From the NCBI RefSeq assembly GCF_026571515.1, contig NW_026862094.1:62001-126000 (forward strand): a DNA stretch of 64,000 nt, in the 5' to 3' direction. Each line of letters starts with the position of its first letter. The stretch's first letter is position 1. Under the pieces are notes generated by a model. That model made no database searches. It had not been told where the DNA came from and was given only the letters and a program-made list of their open reading frames with translations. The position numbers and the translations under genes are program-made. Positions 42,500-53,353 of the stretch are shown one piece after another. This DNA is from Ruditapes philippinarum (lineage: Eukaryota).

Positions 42500-43775
42500 T
42501 TCGAAGCAAACAATCTGTGTCCTTCCTGTTTATCAGAAAGCAGTGCAGCTTCAGGAAAAGTTCTTTCAATATGATATGATAGACACTCCTCCACAATATA
42601 CCGGGTAAGCATGATACTGTGACATATATAGCTGTGAAACTGACTGACACGTGTGATTTGCACAAAACATACAGTAATAATTAAGATTGTAGATAAATAT
42701 AAAGCTTTCAATGTTTTCTTTTGTTTGACACTGTCCCATGCGAAGTTTATTGTAGTGAAAGTTTTAAATGGTAGCTTTCCTCAAGCTGCTTCTATTATAT
42801 AAATTGTAGTTGTTGCCAATAATGTACGCAATGAAAGATAACATTGAAACATAGTTAAACAAAGGTATAATATATAATTCCCTTGTTCTGGAAACATATC
42901 GGTGGGTTATGAAATTTCTCATTGAGCATATTGCGCGTTTGCGATGAATACCTTTATGAATTTGACAGATGTTCAATTAGATTTTAAGTGTACATGCTAA
43001 ACATTTACAATTTGTCATTGCTTATATATGATCCATAAAACGAATCATTATTAACGCATGTGACTGCTTTAAATACATTTATATTGACTTTAAATGTCAT
43101 TTAAAGACATCTGTAAATCCATGAAATATACCCAGGAATGTATAATGTGCAACAAGCAAGTTTGCATTTTCGTCATCAACAAAAGTCGACATATGCAGAT
43201 GTTGTCGTATCCTATAACACGTAAACAGGCGATTATTGCGCAGCGTTATTATAATATCAATGCAAAATAATGATGTACAATATAAGACTGTGTTTTCAAG
43301 GTCCTTATATACTATACAATTTAACAACATTGTAGTTTTCCTTTAACTTGTTTGATTTCAAATTAGGATACGAAGACTGTTATTTCCTTTTTACAATGGA
43401 ATCTAATATAATATTTATTTATAAAAATATACTTTCATAATTTGTAATAGTATTTTGACCCTGAAGAATTTAGGCAGGGGAAATATTCGTACTTTGGCCA
43501 AGGTGAAATTTGTTAATAATATAGACATGGTGTTCTGAAGGTGTTGAAAATTGTTACAATTTCTCTTTGTAATTTGTATGTAGAAAATAAGCAAAATATT
43601 TGTAAATTTCAGATTGTCACCTGCTACAAAACTAGTAAGAAACTTTGATAAACTTTTGCAAAAAAAAATCTAAACATATGACTAACACTTAGTTAAGCAT
43701 TTTCAAAGTTTTTTCTGTAAAATAATTCTATCATTAAAGACATAATGCGGATTCTGAAGTGTTCTGTGTCTTCAT

Positions 43776-44010
43776 GAGCCGCGTCACGACAAAACCAACA
43801 TAGTGCGTTTGCGACCAGCATGGATCCAGACCAGCCTGCGCATCCGCGCAGTCTGATCAGGATCCATGCTGCTCACTGTCATTTTCTCCACTTGTAATAG
43901 AGTTGGTAAGCAAACAGCATGGATCCTGGTCAGACTGCGCGGATGCGCAGGCTGGTTTGGATCCATGCTGGTTGCAAATCCATTATGCTGGTTTTGTTGT
44001 GACGCGGCTC
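43776..44010. mobile_element. Palindromic MITE (Sola-like), copy 2
   Basis: GAGCCGCGTCAC ... GTGACGCGGCTC; same family as 33171 and 58736. TSD imperfect. Confidence 0.8.
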
Positions 44011-45119
44011 ATTTGTTCTGTAGGGCAATGGACGCAAAGTGTTTTTTTTTTTTTTTTTCAATGTTTGTCATATATCCTTGAATAATGCCAAGCAGCAAGT
44101 TCTTACCATGTGCATAAATCAATGAAAACTTTGAACGCCCTCTCGGAAGTGAAAAATGCTATTTTTGGTCCCCTGCCCGTTTTACACATTTTCCAGCTTT
44201 GCTATGGTTAGTGATGACTTGATAATAATGACCCAATCACACTGGACCTAGAGTTTTGTTTAAAGCGACATGTCTCCAGATTCATGATTTTATTAATGAA
44301 ATAACAATAATACAAATTAAAAAGTAAAAATATTGTCAAGTGAGCAAAGAAAGTAATTTACACAGGACAAACAGCACTTACAAATCTACGAAAATTACCA
44401 AAAGTAGGTCTGAATAAGCAAATATAGCTTGTACTGCGTTAGTCTCCCAGTAGGAACATAGTGATATATACCTCAAAATCAATCAGTAATTGCACAAAAT
44501 ATGTATAATTACGTTATTTAATTGTGAATATGTTTGCATTTTTACTCTGAGTACATGTTTCTTCAGGTTGATTTTTTGCATATCGGCATGCATCTTTAAG
44601 ATCTTCAAGTATCAATAGAGAGTTGAATGTATGAAATATTTTCAATCGTCAAGTTTTACCAGCATTTGTGTTCTAAGATTTTCAGAAATGAGGCAGACGT
44701 GCGTAAACTCTGTTTAAACGAAATAGTTAATCACCTCTGGATTGTATGAGGAAAGTGCAAATAGGACATCGGCTACCTGATCAGAGAGACATCCACTGCG
44801 CACTTGTAATCATATTACTTATTTACGTCTGAATATTGTCCTGATGTGTATATATCCATATACACTACGTGCACGACAATGAAATAGACATAACAATGAT
44901 ATTAATGCTGAAACATGTTCAATCGTTTCCATTGTATCATCGACGACAGCCTCGCAAAAACGGTGGTCAGGGTCGTGAATTTAAACCCACATAAAGTTTA
45001 TATCAACTGTGTTATAGTCGTGCTAGGGAATTATTGAGATGTTGGCGGCATGAATAAGGAATACCGTTATGGCCATCTTGGTTATACATTAAAATACACA
45101 GTGCAACAATGTGATAACT

Positions 45120-45380
45120 TACGACAGTGCGATGGCGACAAAGCGATAGTGCTTTGACGAAAATGCGATAGTACGATGGCCACAATGCGAGAACGCGATA
45201 GTACGATGACGACAGGGCGATAGTGTTATCGCACTGTCGCCATCGCATTGTCGTCACCGCACTATCGTATTGTCGTCATCGCACTGTCGCATTGTCGTAG
45301 CGTCGCCATCGCATTATCGCACTGTCGCTATCGCATTGTCGCACTGTTGTCATCGCGTTATCGATTGTCGACTATCGCAT
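45120..45380. repeat. CpG-rich short-unit array in inverted arrangement
   Basis: CGA(C/T)A(G/A)TGCGAT units from 45121-45225 flip to ATCGCA(C/T)TGTCG units from 45228-45380. Confidence 0.75.
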
Positions 45381-47069
45381 TCCGGTAAACGGTTCTTAAC
45401 AAATGACGAATAAGGTGATGGTACAGAATATTGAAAATAATTTTAATTTTGTCAATAGAACTTTTTCTTTTTGTTTTTTTTCTTTTCTTTTTTTTACTAT
45501 TTTTTGTTTGTTTCTTTTCTGTTTACTAAAAACGTCTAAATAGAATTATGAATTAATAATCAGTAACATTTTATATCCGAAGATAGGGGAAATACTTAAA
45601 GAGTTAAACATACACCGATAATGTAATAAATTGCAAATTGTGTGCAACTTTAATATAGTAGAAATATTTCAGATGAAAATGTTTAACGTTGACATTTAAA
45701 AGATGCAAAAAATATTCAAAATAAGTGTTGAACACTTATATAAAAAAGACAAATAAAGTATATTCATAGATCATATTACAAAAATATATACAAAAATAAA
45801 AATTGTGTAATGGAAAATGACTTTGATAATAATGTAGCTTTAAACAGTCTGTTTAAATACAAACTAAAAAGATTCCTTATATTTAATTGGTCAGTAATAC
45901 ATGAGTTTTCACGATGAATACGAAAATAGTTCAATGGTCACTATAAAAATACAGCTAAAATCACGTAGGTAATATCTATTAAATTGTAATTGGTTATCAG
46001 TGGTTGTGTTGTTTTGTAAGATGTAGAATTTATTACATAATAAGAAATTTACGTCAACACAAATTTTGCTATATATCTAACATAAATGGTCAGCCATTTT
46101 CACTATAAGTTGAATTTAACAGCAGATTATACTATAAGTTTAACTGGTCAGCATATTCTTCTATAGTCAACTGATTCCCCTTGTGGACATAGTAATACAA
46201 GGTGCTTCAATGTTAAAAACATATCTATCTTGCTTTCGTAAATCCATTTTATTTATTCCGCAAAACACTTACTGTTTTTATTATTACATGTATTTTTATT
46301 ATTATAATTATTTTAAGGGGAAAACATGCAACGTTCGAATTACCCACTATCTGCTGGAATGTAGTCGGGGATTGCCAGCTAATAGGTAGTTGGTTATTGG
46401 AATATCCAACCAAATTGACGCACCTTTAGGTTTTTATCTATATCTAAAATGCGGCTATTTTTGGTGGATGGTGAACATAACGCTTTCATATTTCTTACAG
46501 GTGGTAAATAAAAATTAAAAAAAAAAACATTTAAGATATACAAGGTTCTGTGTGATATTTGCTTTATATATAGCCAAAGTGATTTTAAAACTGCCGATGT
46601 AAAGAGGATAATGATACTTGCCGTTAAAGTGACTTAATGCTCATACTTTCATAGTCAAGTTGAGCAGAATTGACAAGACATTGCAAAAGATTTACTGTTA
46701 AAATGGTGATTCTGCCTAAAATATAAAAGACTGTCCCACTCTTTTTATGGAGTGAACGTTACAGGTAAATTCTAATGGATATTTTTGAAAATTTCGTTTG
46801 AATCCATGCATTGTTTATTGTTAATGTGAACTAGGTTTTTTATATTAAAAGGAATAATTGCAATATAAAAACTCATTTTGAAATTCACCTTTTCACTCAT
46901 TGAAACCATTGGATGACCATAATGTCATTTTAAATACTTATATATTTTGCAATATAAGTAAAAATTGCTTTGTAGTTAATGCCATCTTTTCCTCTTATAC
47001 TATATGGTCAGCAGATTTAAGGTACTGTGCATTAGGTCAGATGTAAAGAAGAATCTGCTGACCAGTTAA

Positions 47070-47616
47070 CCTATCACCGCATTGCATAAGCATTTTGTGA
47101 AAAATGGCCGTTTTCATTGAAAAGCCCACTGTTACACAAGTTCAAATTGCTATGAAACTATAATAATAAAAAATGTTTAATACTGTTCAAACTTGACACA
47201 AACGTTAACTGAACCATAGTTTTTGTAACGGCATGCTCCATTTTGGATTTTCTGTTACCATGGCAACGAGGGGAAATTTCAAAATCACTATAGTGTCTTG
47301 ATTTGTTCCATCAAAACTGTTTTCAAAGTGCTGCAACTTCTCAATCGATTGAGATAAAGTGAAAGGCTTTTCGTTACATTAAGATCGACCTGATTCCATT
47401 TTTAGCCTCTCACAAATCCAAAATATTCTTGGCACCCTCGATGTATCTTTTACATAAAAGGGCGGCGCCGAAAAAGTGATCACCTTTCAGTTACTAACAT
47501 TTCTCAAACGAATAATATATGTGTTTGGGAATAAAATAAACATTGTTTTAACTATTTGAAGTTTCAAAAGGGGTGGGATGAGATGGCGTGAGAACACGTC
47601 TATATGAGGCAAAGGG
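47070..47616. mobile_element. Probable piggyBac-like non-autonomous insertion at TTAA
   Basis: TTAA|CCT... and ...AAAGGG|TTAA with an imperfect TIR. Removing it rejoins the interrupted CTGCTGACCAGTTAA-CAT repeat unit. Confidence 0.5.
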
Positions 47617-47792
47617 TTAACATATAGTAAAATCTGTTGACCAGTTACACTAACAGTGAAAACTGTTGACCAACTAGATATCTAGGAAAATATATGTTAT
47701 TTTGCCGTGAATTTCTTAGTTGTATCGTAATGTAATTAAATACAATATATTCTACATCTCGCAAACCAGAACAACTAAAATGTAAAAGAAAC

Positions 47793-49900
47793 CAAGGGGC
47801 AGGACGTGAAGTGGTTGCACACTTGGTTCAAGCGAGCGAATTGGTTGCAAACTTGACAAAATGGCGAACACGGCTTGATTTTTTTAAACGGGTGAACGAA
47901 TTATTGCCAGACAAGTGGGTTTCTTTGTTATTTTGTAGTTCATTAGTATGTCTATTCCATAATGCAATATATATGCCACACTCGGTTAAAGGTTTCAGCA
48001 TCCTAGATTCTGTTTTGACGAAGTTATTGAAGATATAAACTGATCATGTAGATATTTTAAAATTTGACATATGACTGTTCTGGTCGGGTTTTCTCCTTAT
48101 TTATTCGAATTTGTAAGTTTTGAACTGCATTTAACAATAACAAAATATATTTCTGTCAATGCGGTACAAATGGTTTTTGTTCGCAAGTCCGAAGATAACG
48201 TGCAATACACAAAAATATCTTGTTCAAGCAGACTTATACTTCAAGCATTTTAGGTTGCAAACTTTTGTGTTAATATTGTGGCATGCATATTTTAGCGAGG
48301 AATAACTAATCATTTTTTCAAAAATAATTAGCAATATTAAGGCAATTATACCCGCTCATCTTATAAGAAATATATATACAAATTGTGCACGCGTGCAGAT
48401 ATATCCTAACACAGGGTCTTTCAAATAGATATAAAACACAATACAGTGTATGCTAAATTGTTCAGTTGTGTTTTTTCTCCTCGATATACTTCTTTTCTTT
48501 TTACAAAGTCATAGGACTTTTTTTATATCTTGGCATGACTAACTGTAAAGGAAAAGAAGAAAAAATGGCAACAAACAGCTTCCATTATTGTTCTTTTTTT
48601 GAGATTTGAAATGAATTTGATTATATAGTAGATAAAAACTATATTAACATTGACCCAATGGCATTCTTTAAAATGTTCCTTATTATTGACCAATCGAAAC
48701 ATCTTCCAAATTCCATAACTCGAACAATGACTTCAAGTAGTTTTGTCACGTATAAGTCAATGTAAATAAACAATCGTATATCATTTATATTATGAAGTAA
48801 TAATCAAAATCATCTTTAGAATACCAATTGACATAATTAGGATGTACCTTAAATCCGAAATATTGTAAACAAGCATATCATTTTCACTTTTGGTTTGTGA
48901 AAATATTTTAAGTGCATTTACATACTTTATGTCTAAAGCAACTACTGATCTTTACATACGAAACAAACAAATTAATATTTCTTGTGGTTTTGATAAACTT
49001 TGGACATTTTTTCGAGTAACATCGTGTGTGTGCACATGTCCTTATGTTTATGATGAAAATAATTCACTTACATACAACAGTACTTTCACATACGTTTGTT
49101 TTGTATGTAGTTTTCATTTGCATTTTACATATGATGATAGATTTTAGATTTGAAATACCAATAAATATTTTTCTATATGCTATTATTTTGTTTGCAGGCT
49201 TTTACTGATGATTATAGTATTGAACTGAGAACCATGTAATTTGAAACAAAAAGTGCATAATTGTTGTAAAAGAAGAAAGTATAAATAACATTTATAACAA
49301 AAACAAGTAACAGAACATAAATTATGTCAATAATTGCCATTGAAAATTGGTTAATAAATATAACCTTCTACACTCCTTTTGAAAAGTTTTACTATGGATT
49401 TCAATAGAATAAGAATAAGTTTGCAACCAAAAATGCTTGAAGTATAAGTCTGCAACCAAAATGTGCTTGAACAAGATATTTTTGTGTATTGAACGTTATC
49501 TTCGGACTTGCAAACTAAACTATTTGTACAGCATTGACAGAAACATATTTTGTTATTGTTAAATGCAGTTCAAAACTTACAAATTCGAATAAATTAGGAG
49601 AAAAAACGACAAGAACAGTCTTATGTCAAATTTCAAAATATCTACATGATCAGTTTATATCTACAATATCTTCGTCAAAACAGAATTTAGGATGCTGAAA
49701 CCTTTAACCGTGTAAGGCATATATATTACATTGTGGAATAGACATACTTATGAACGTCAAAATATGAAAGAAACCCACTCGCCTGGCAATAATTCGTTCA
49801 CCCGTTTCGAAAAATCACGCCGTGTTCGCCATTTTGTCAAGTTTGCAACCAATTCGCTCGCTTGAACCAAGTGTGCTACCACTTCACGACCTGCCCCTTG
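47793..49900. mobile_element. Second foldback non-autonomous DNA transposon, ~470-bp inverted arms, 5-bp TSD GAAAC
   Basis: GAAAC|CAAGGGGCAGGACGTGAAGTG ... CACTTCACGACCTGCCCCTTG|GAAAC. Arms ~47793-48263 and ~49417-49900. Confidence 0.85.
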
Positions 49901-50184
49901 GAAACTATTTAAGTGTTTTTGTCGTATTTTCTTCTTTTTCTATTTAGTCATGCCAGTTAAACGTACAGTAGAGTCTGCTGACCAGTTAAACATGTAGAAG
50001 AATCTGCTGACAAGTTAAACGTACAGTGAAAATAGCTGACCACTTCTTTAGATATACAGAGAAAATTCTGTTTAGACGTACATTTCTATTTTTCACACTG
50101 TTAGTAAATATAATAAATTAACAATAGTATATGATTTATGATGGTGTGCCGTTTTCAATCATGCCGTTTTGAACCAGGGATTAA

Positions 50185-50490
50185 TTATGACGTCATTTAA
50201 TCCTAATCCTTGATAATCCTAATCCCCGAAACAATGGTTTTATTGAAAAAACTAAACAGGATTAATCTCTACTTATGATTATTCAATCATCTTAAACAAT
50301 GGGCATTAAAATCTTAAACAATGGGCATTGAAATATTAAACAATGGGCATTGAAATATTAAACTATACGTCATTTAATCCTAATCCGAGATAATCATAAT
50401 CGCCCGAAATAATGGTTGTATTGAAAATCGTAACAGGATTAATCTTTATTTATTATTATCCAATCGTCTTAAACAATGGGCATTGAAATG
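50185..50490. repeat. ~180-bp imperfect direct duplication with an internal ~21-bp tandem, upstream of the Polinton genes
   Basis: ACGTCATTTAATCCTAATCC at ~50190 and ~50367; TTAAACAATGGGCATT four times. Confidence 0.8.
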
Positions 50491-50737
50491 TAATCATTTC
50501 TTAAAGAATGGAGAATTGAAATGTAATTATAAGAAAGGATTCTATTTCAATGCACATTGTTTAAGGTATGGTTTAGGTAATCCATACTTTCAAGTGTATT
50601 GTTAAGATAAAATAGCCGGATTAGACAGACTGGTGTATTGAAATGATTGAAGAGCTGATCCTTTTTCGCACTTAGAACAGAAAAGAAATTAACAGATAAA
50701 CATTGACTGATATAGGTACATCTTTAATGATATTATA

Positions 50738-51148
50738 ATGAACATGGCTGCAAACGAAATTATATCACCCAGTGAGGCCGAAGAAGATCTGTCTCTCAGT
50801 ATTGAAGACAGTGAATTCGCTAGACCGCTTACTACAAAATATGTCGAAGTTTCAAGTTTAAATGGTACTAAATCCAGCGATGACTGCATGGTGTGCGCCC
50901 AGAGTATCCCGAAGAATCGATTTACCTTCCTTGCACAGATTATTGCAATCTACGGTATTATCATTGTGGCAGCAGTGAATCTCTCTGTTCGTCCGGACGG
51001 GCCTAATAAAGAACTTTGGGTTGCGTTGTTAGCCTCGGCTCTAGGTTGTGTTCTTCCGGCACCGGGGCTGAAGTATAGGAAGCCGGTGCAATCTATATCA
51101 AGCGGTTGGTTGTCGTCAGAGAGAAAAAATGAGAGAGACGGGCAATGA
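50738..51148 (+). CDS. Polinton small membrane protein (two hydrophobic segments), 136 aa
   Basis: FLAQIIAIYGIIIVAAVNLS and LWVALLASALGCVLPAP; overlaps the integrase start by 20 nt. Confidence 0.75.
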   Translation: MNMAANEIISPSEAEEDLSLSIEDSEFARPLTTKYVEVSSLNGTKSSDDCMVCAQSIPKNRFTFLAQIIAIYGIIIVAAVNLSVRPDGPNKELWVALLASALGCVLPAPGLKYRKPVQSISSGWLSSERKNERDGQ

Positions 51149-52274
51149 AACTAAACTGGAATACCTTAAACGTATTTACACCGACCCTTCGCACCCGGCC
51201 AGTTTCGGTGGGCGGCAACGATTGAAAAGGGAAGCAGACAGAGAAGGAAAATTCCATATCAGCAATAAAGAAATAGTTGAGTTTTTAGAATCACAGGATA
51301 CTTACAGCACGACCAGGAGAGTTCACAGGCGGTTCAAAAGAAACAGAATAAGAGTGAGCGGTATTCACATGCAATATGATATGGATTTATGCGACATGAT
51401 GAAAATGAGGCGCTTCCGGTACAACAAGGGAACCAGATATCTTCTCACTGTCATTGATGTATTTAGCAGGTATGCATTCGTAAGGCCTCTGCGCTCTAAG
51501 ACAGGACAAGCAGTGGCCAGTGCTCTAGAAGACATTCTGACCTCGGGCCCGAAACCGGCTCGTTGCAGATCGGACAGGGGCATGGAGTTCCGATGCAAGC
51601 CCGTGACAGACCTTCTAATGCGCCTAGGGATTAAACAGTATTTCAGTGCGTCCGCCTTGAAGTGTCAGCCTGTGGAGCGTTTTAATCAAACTCTGAAAGG
51701 CGCTATATACAAGTGGTGCTACGAGAACAGATCGTTCTCGTATGTTCCTGTGCTGGAAATGTTGGTGCACAGTTACAATCACCGCGTGCATTCATCACTA
51801 TTTGGACTCAGTCCAAGCGAGGTTTCAGAGTCAAACCAAGCGAGGCTCTGGAATTTGATGTACGTAGAAAATGCTAGTAGCAGTAAGAGTGGTGAGCGGC
51901 GAAAAGTCAGATTGTTTAAATACAGTGTAGGAGATCTGGTAAGGGTCAGCTTGGCTAAGCGTACATTTGAAAGATCTTACAACCAAAAATTCACATCTCA
52001 GATCTACAGAATACGAGGGCGGGTCTACCGTGATAACTTGCCAGTGTATTATCTGATGGACCTCGAAGAAAAACCAATAGAATCAACTTATTATGAAGCG
52101 GAACTGCAACGAGTGCGGAAGAATCTTGACAACATACAGGAATGGGAAATTGAAAAAATACTCAAGACGAAAAAATCAGGAAAGGGGCAGTTGGTGCTAG
52201 TTCGATACCGCGGCCTTGGACCAAGCTTCGACAGGTGGATATTGAAGTCTTCAATAAGCAGTAATCGTAAATGA
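51129..52274 (+). CDS. Polinton retroviral-like (rve) integrase with C-terminal chromodomain, 381 aa
   Basis: YTDPSHPASFGG start; DDE triad in DMDLCDM / SDRGMEF / VERFNQTLK; IDVFSRYA; chromodomain WEIEKILK...VRYRG...FDRWI. Confidence 0.95.
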   Translation: MRETGNETKLEYLKRIYTDPSHPASFGGRQRLKREADREGKFHISNKEIVEFLESQDTYSTTRRVHRRFKRNRIRVSGIHMQYDMDLCDMMKMRRFRYNKGTRYLLTVIDVFSRYAFVRPLRSKTGQAVASALEDILTSGPKPARCRSDRGMEFRCKPVTDLLMRLGIKQYFSASALKCQPVERFNQTLKGAIYKWCYENRSFSYVPVLEMLVHSYNHRVHSSLFGLSPSEVSESNQARLWNLMYVENASSSKSGERRKVRLFKYSVGDLVRVSLAKRTFERSYNQKFTSQIYRIRGRVYRDNLPVYYLMDLEEKPIESTYYEAELQRVRKNLDNIQEWEIEKILKTKKSGKGQLVLVRYRGLGPSFDRWILKSSISSNRK

Positions 52275-52311
52275 TGATATTCATGATGTAATGACTAATT
52301 AATGAACAGTG

Positions 52312-52776
52312 ATGGAGCAGTTCCATGTTGACATAAACAGTAAAGACTGTATTCAGTTGTATCCTCTTAATAATGGCTGCGAATTCCGAGTGGTAATGGA
52401 CGAAAGTCTTGTATTGAAAAACGGCAAAAGGTGGTCCGTCGCATTGGTCGGGTTGACAGTGAATTGTGACCATGACGACATGCAACTTAATGGACGGGAA
52501 TTGTACGTATGTTCAAACATTGTGGACTTTTCAGTGGTCGGGGGCAAAAAGGTTCAGCTATTGAGAAAGATTTGCCTGGGGGACGGGGTACGAACTGCAG
52601 AGGGGGGGCGCATGTTTTCTGTTGACACTATTGAAAATTGTTGCTTTTACAAAAGAGTTTATGGTCATGAGATAAAATGCATTCACATTTATAGTCTTTC
52701 TGCAACAGGCAAGAGAGCTACAGCACTGATAGATTGTACAGTAGGCGTAACTTTACATTTTAAATGCTCCAATTAG
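52312..52776 (+). CDS. Polinton minor capsid protein (penton), 154 aa
   Basis: INS..C..LYP.N...EFRV, WSVAL, LYVCSNIV.FSVVGG...QLLR and terminal TLHFK match Polinton minor-capsid motifs; lies between integrase and major capsid. Confidence 0.8.
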   Translation: MEQFHVDINSKDCIQLYPLNNGCEFRVVMDESLVLKNGKRWSVALVGLTVNCDHDDMQLNGRELYVCSNIVDFSVVGGKKVQLLRKICLGDGVRTAEGGRMFSVDTIENCCFYKRVYGHEIKCIHIYSLSATGKRATALIDCTVGVTLHFKCSN

Positions 52777-52900
52777 CAAACGCCAATCAAACGTTATCCT
52801 ATCGTTAATTGGCTACGTCACACGCATGATCAATCGTGGTTAAATAATAAATATCAATACACCAATAGAATCACACATACACACACTCGTATAAATCAGC

Positions 52901-53353
52901 ATGGATACTAGAGGTGAACAATCCCGACTTCTGTACATCCCGGATTTCCAGGCTTGGGAAAGGATATATCAGAGCAAAGTTCCACGTCGTCCATTGTCAG
53001 AAGGAAAAAGGAGTACTGTGCATGTAAGAAATCCTGCAGACGTGAAACTTCGTTTCGTGTCACCTGTTGAAGAGACGGTTGATCAAGCCGAGAGTGAAAT
53101 CAGTTCAAAATCAAAGGCCGACTTTCGAGCTAAAAAAAGAAAAATTCAAGATACAGAAAGTCTGCCGAAGCAGCTGAGTGTTAAAGACGTAGTCCGGGCA
53201 TCTACTTCTACTGCTACCACTAGCTCTACTTCATTACAAAAGCAGAAAAGAAAAAAGCACAGACAGGAACAAGGAGTGAAGAAAATCGGTGTAAAAGACT
53301 CTAAGAAATTTAGTTACAGGACACTCAACGATATATTCAGTAAGTCGGGATAA
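52901..53353 (+). CDS. Polinton basic Lys/Arg-rich protein (putative core/DNA-binding), 150 aa
   Basis: YIPD..AW, VSPVE..VDQAESE, basic tracts and C-terminal DIF. Stop overlaps the capsid ATG (TAATG). Confidence 0.7.
   Translation: MDTRGEQSRLLYIPDFQAWERIYQSKVPRRPLSEGKRSTVHVRNPADVKLRFVSPVEETVDQAESEISSKSKADFRAKKRKIQDTESLPKQLSVKDVVRASTSTATTSSTSLQKQKRKKHRQEQGVKKIGVKDSKKFSYRTLNDIFSKSG

Noticed and set aside
50100-50180. Left Polinton TIR
   Set aside because: No clear AGT/AG tandem terminus, and the partner end is outside the window.
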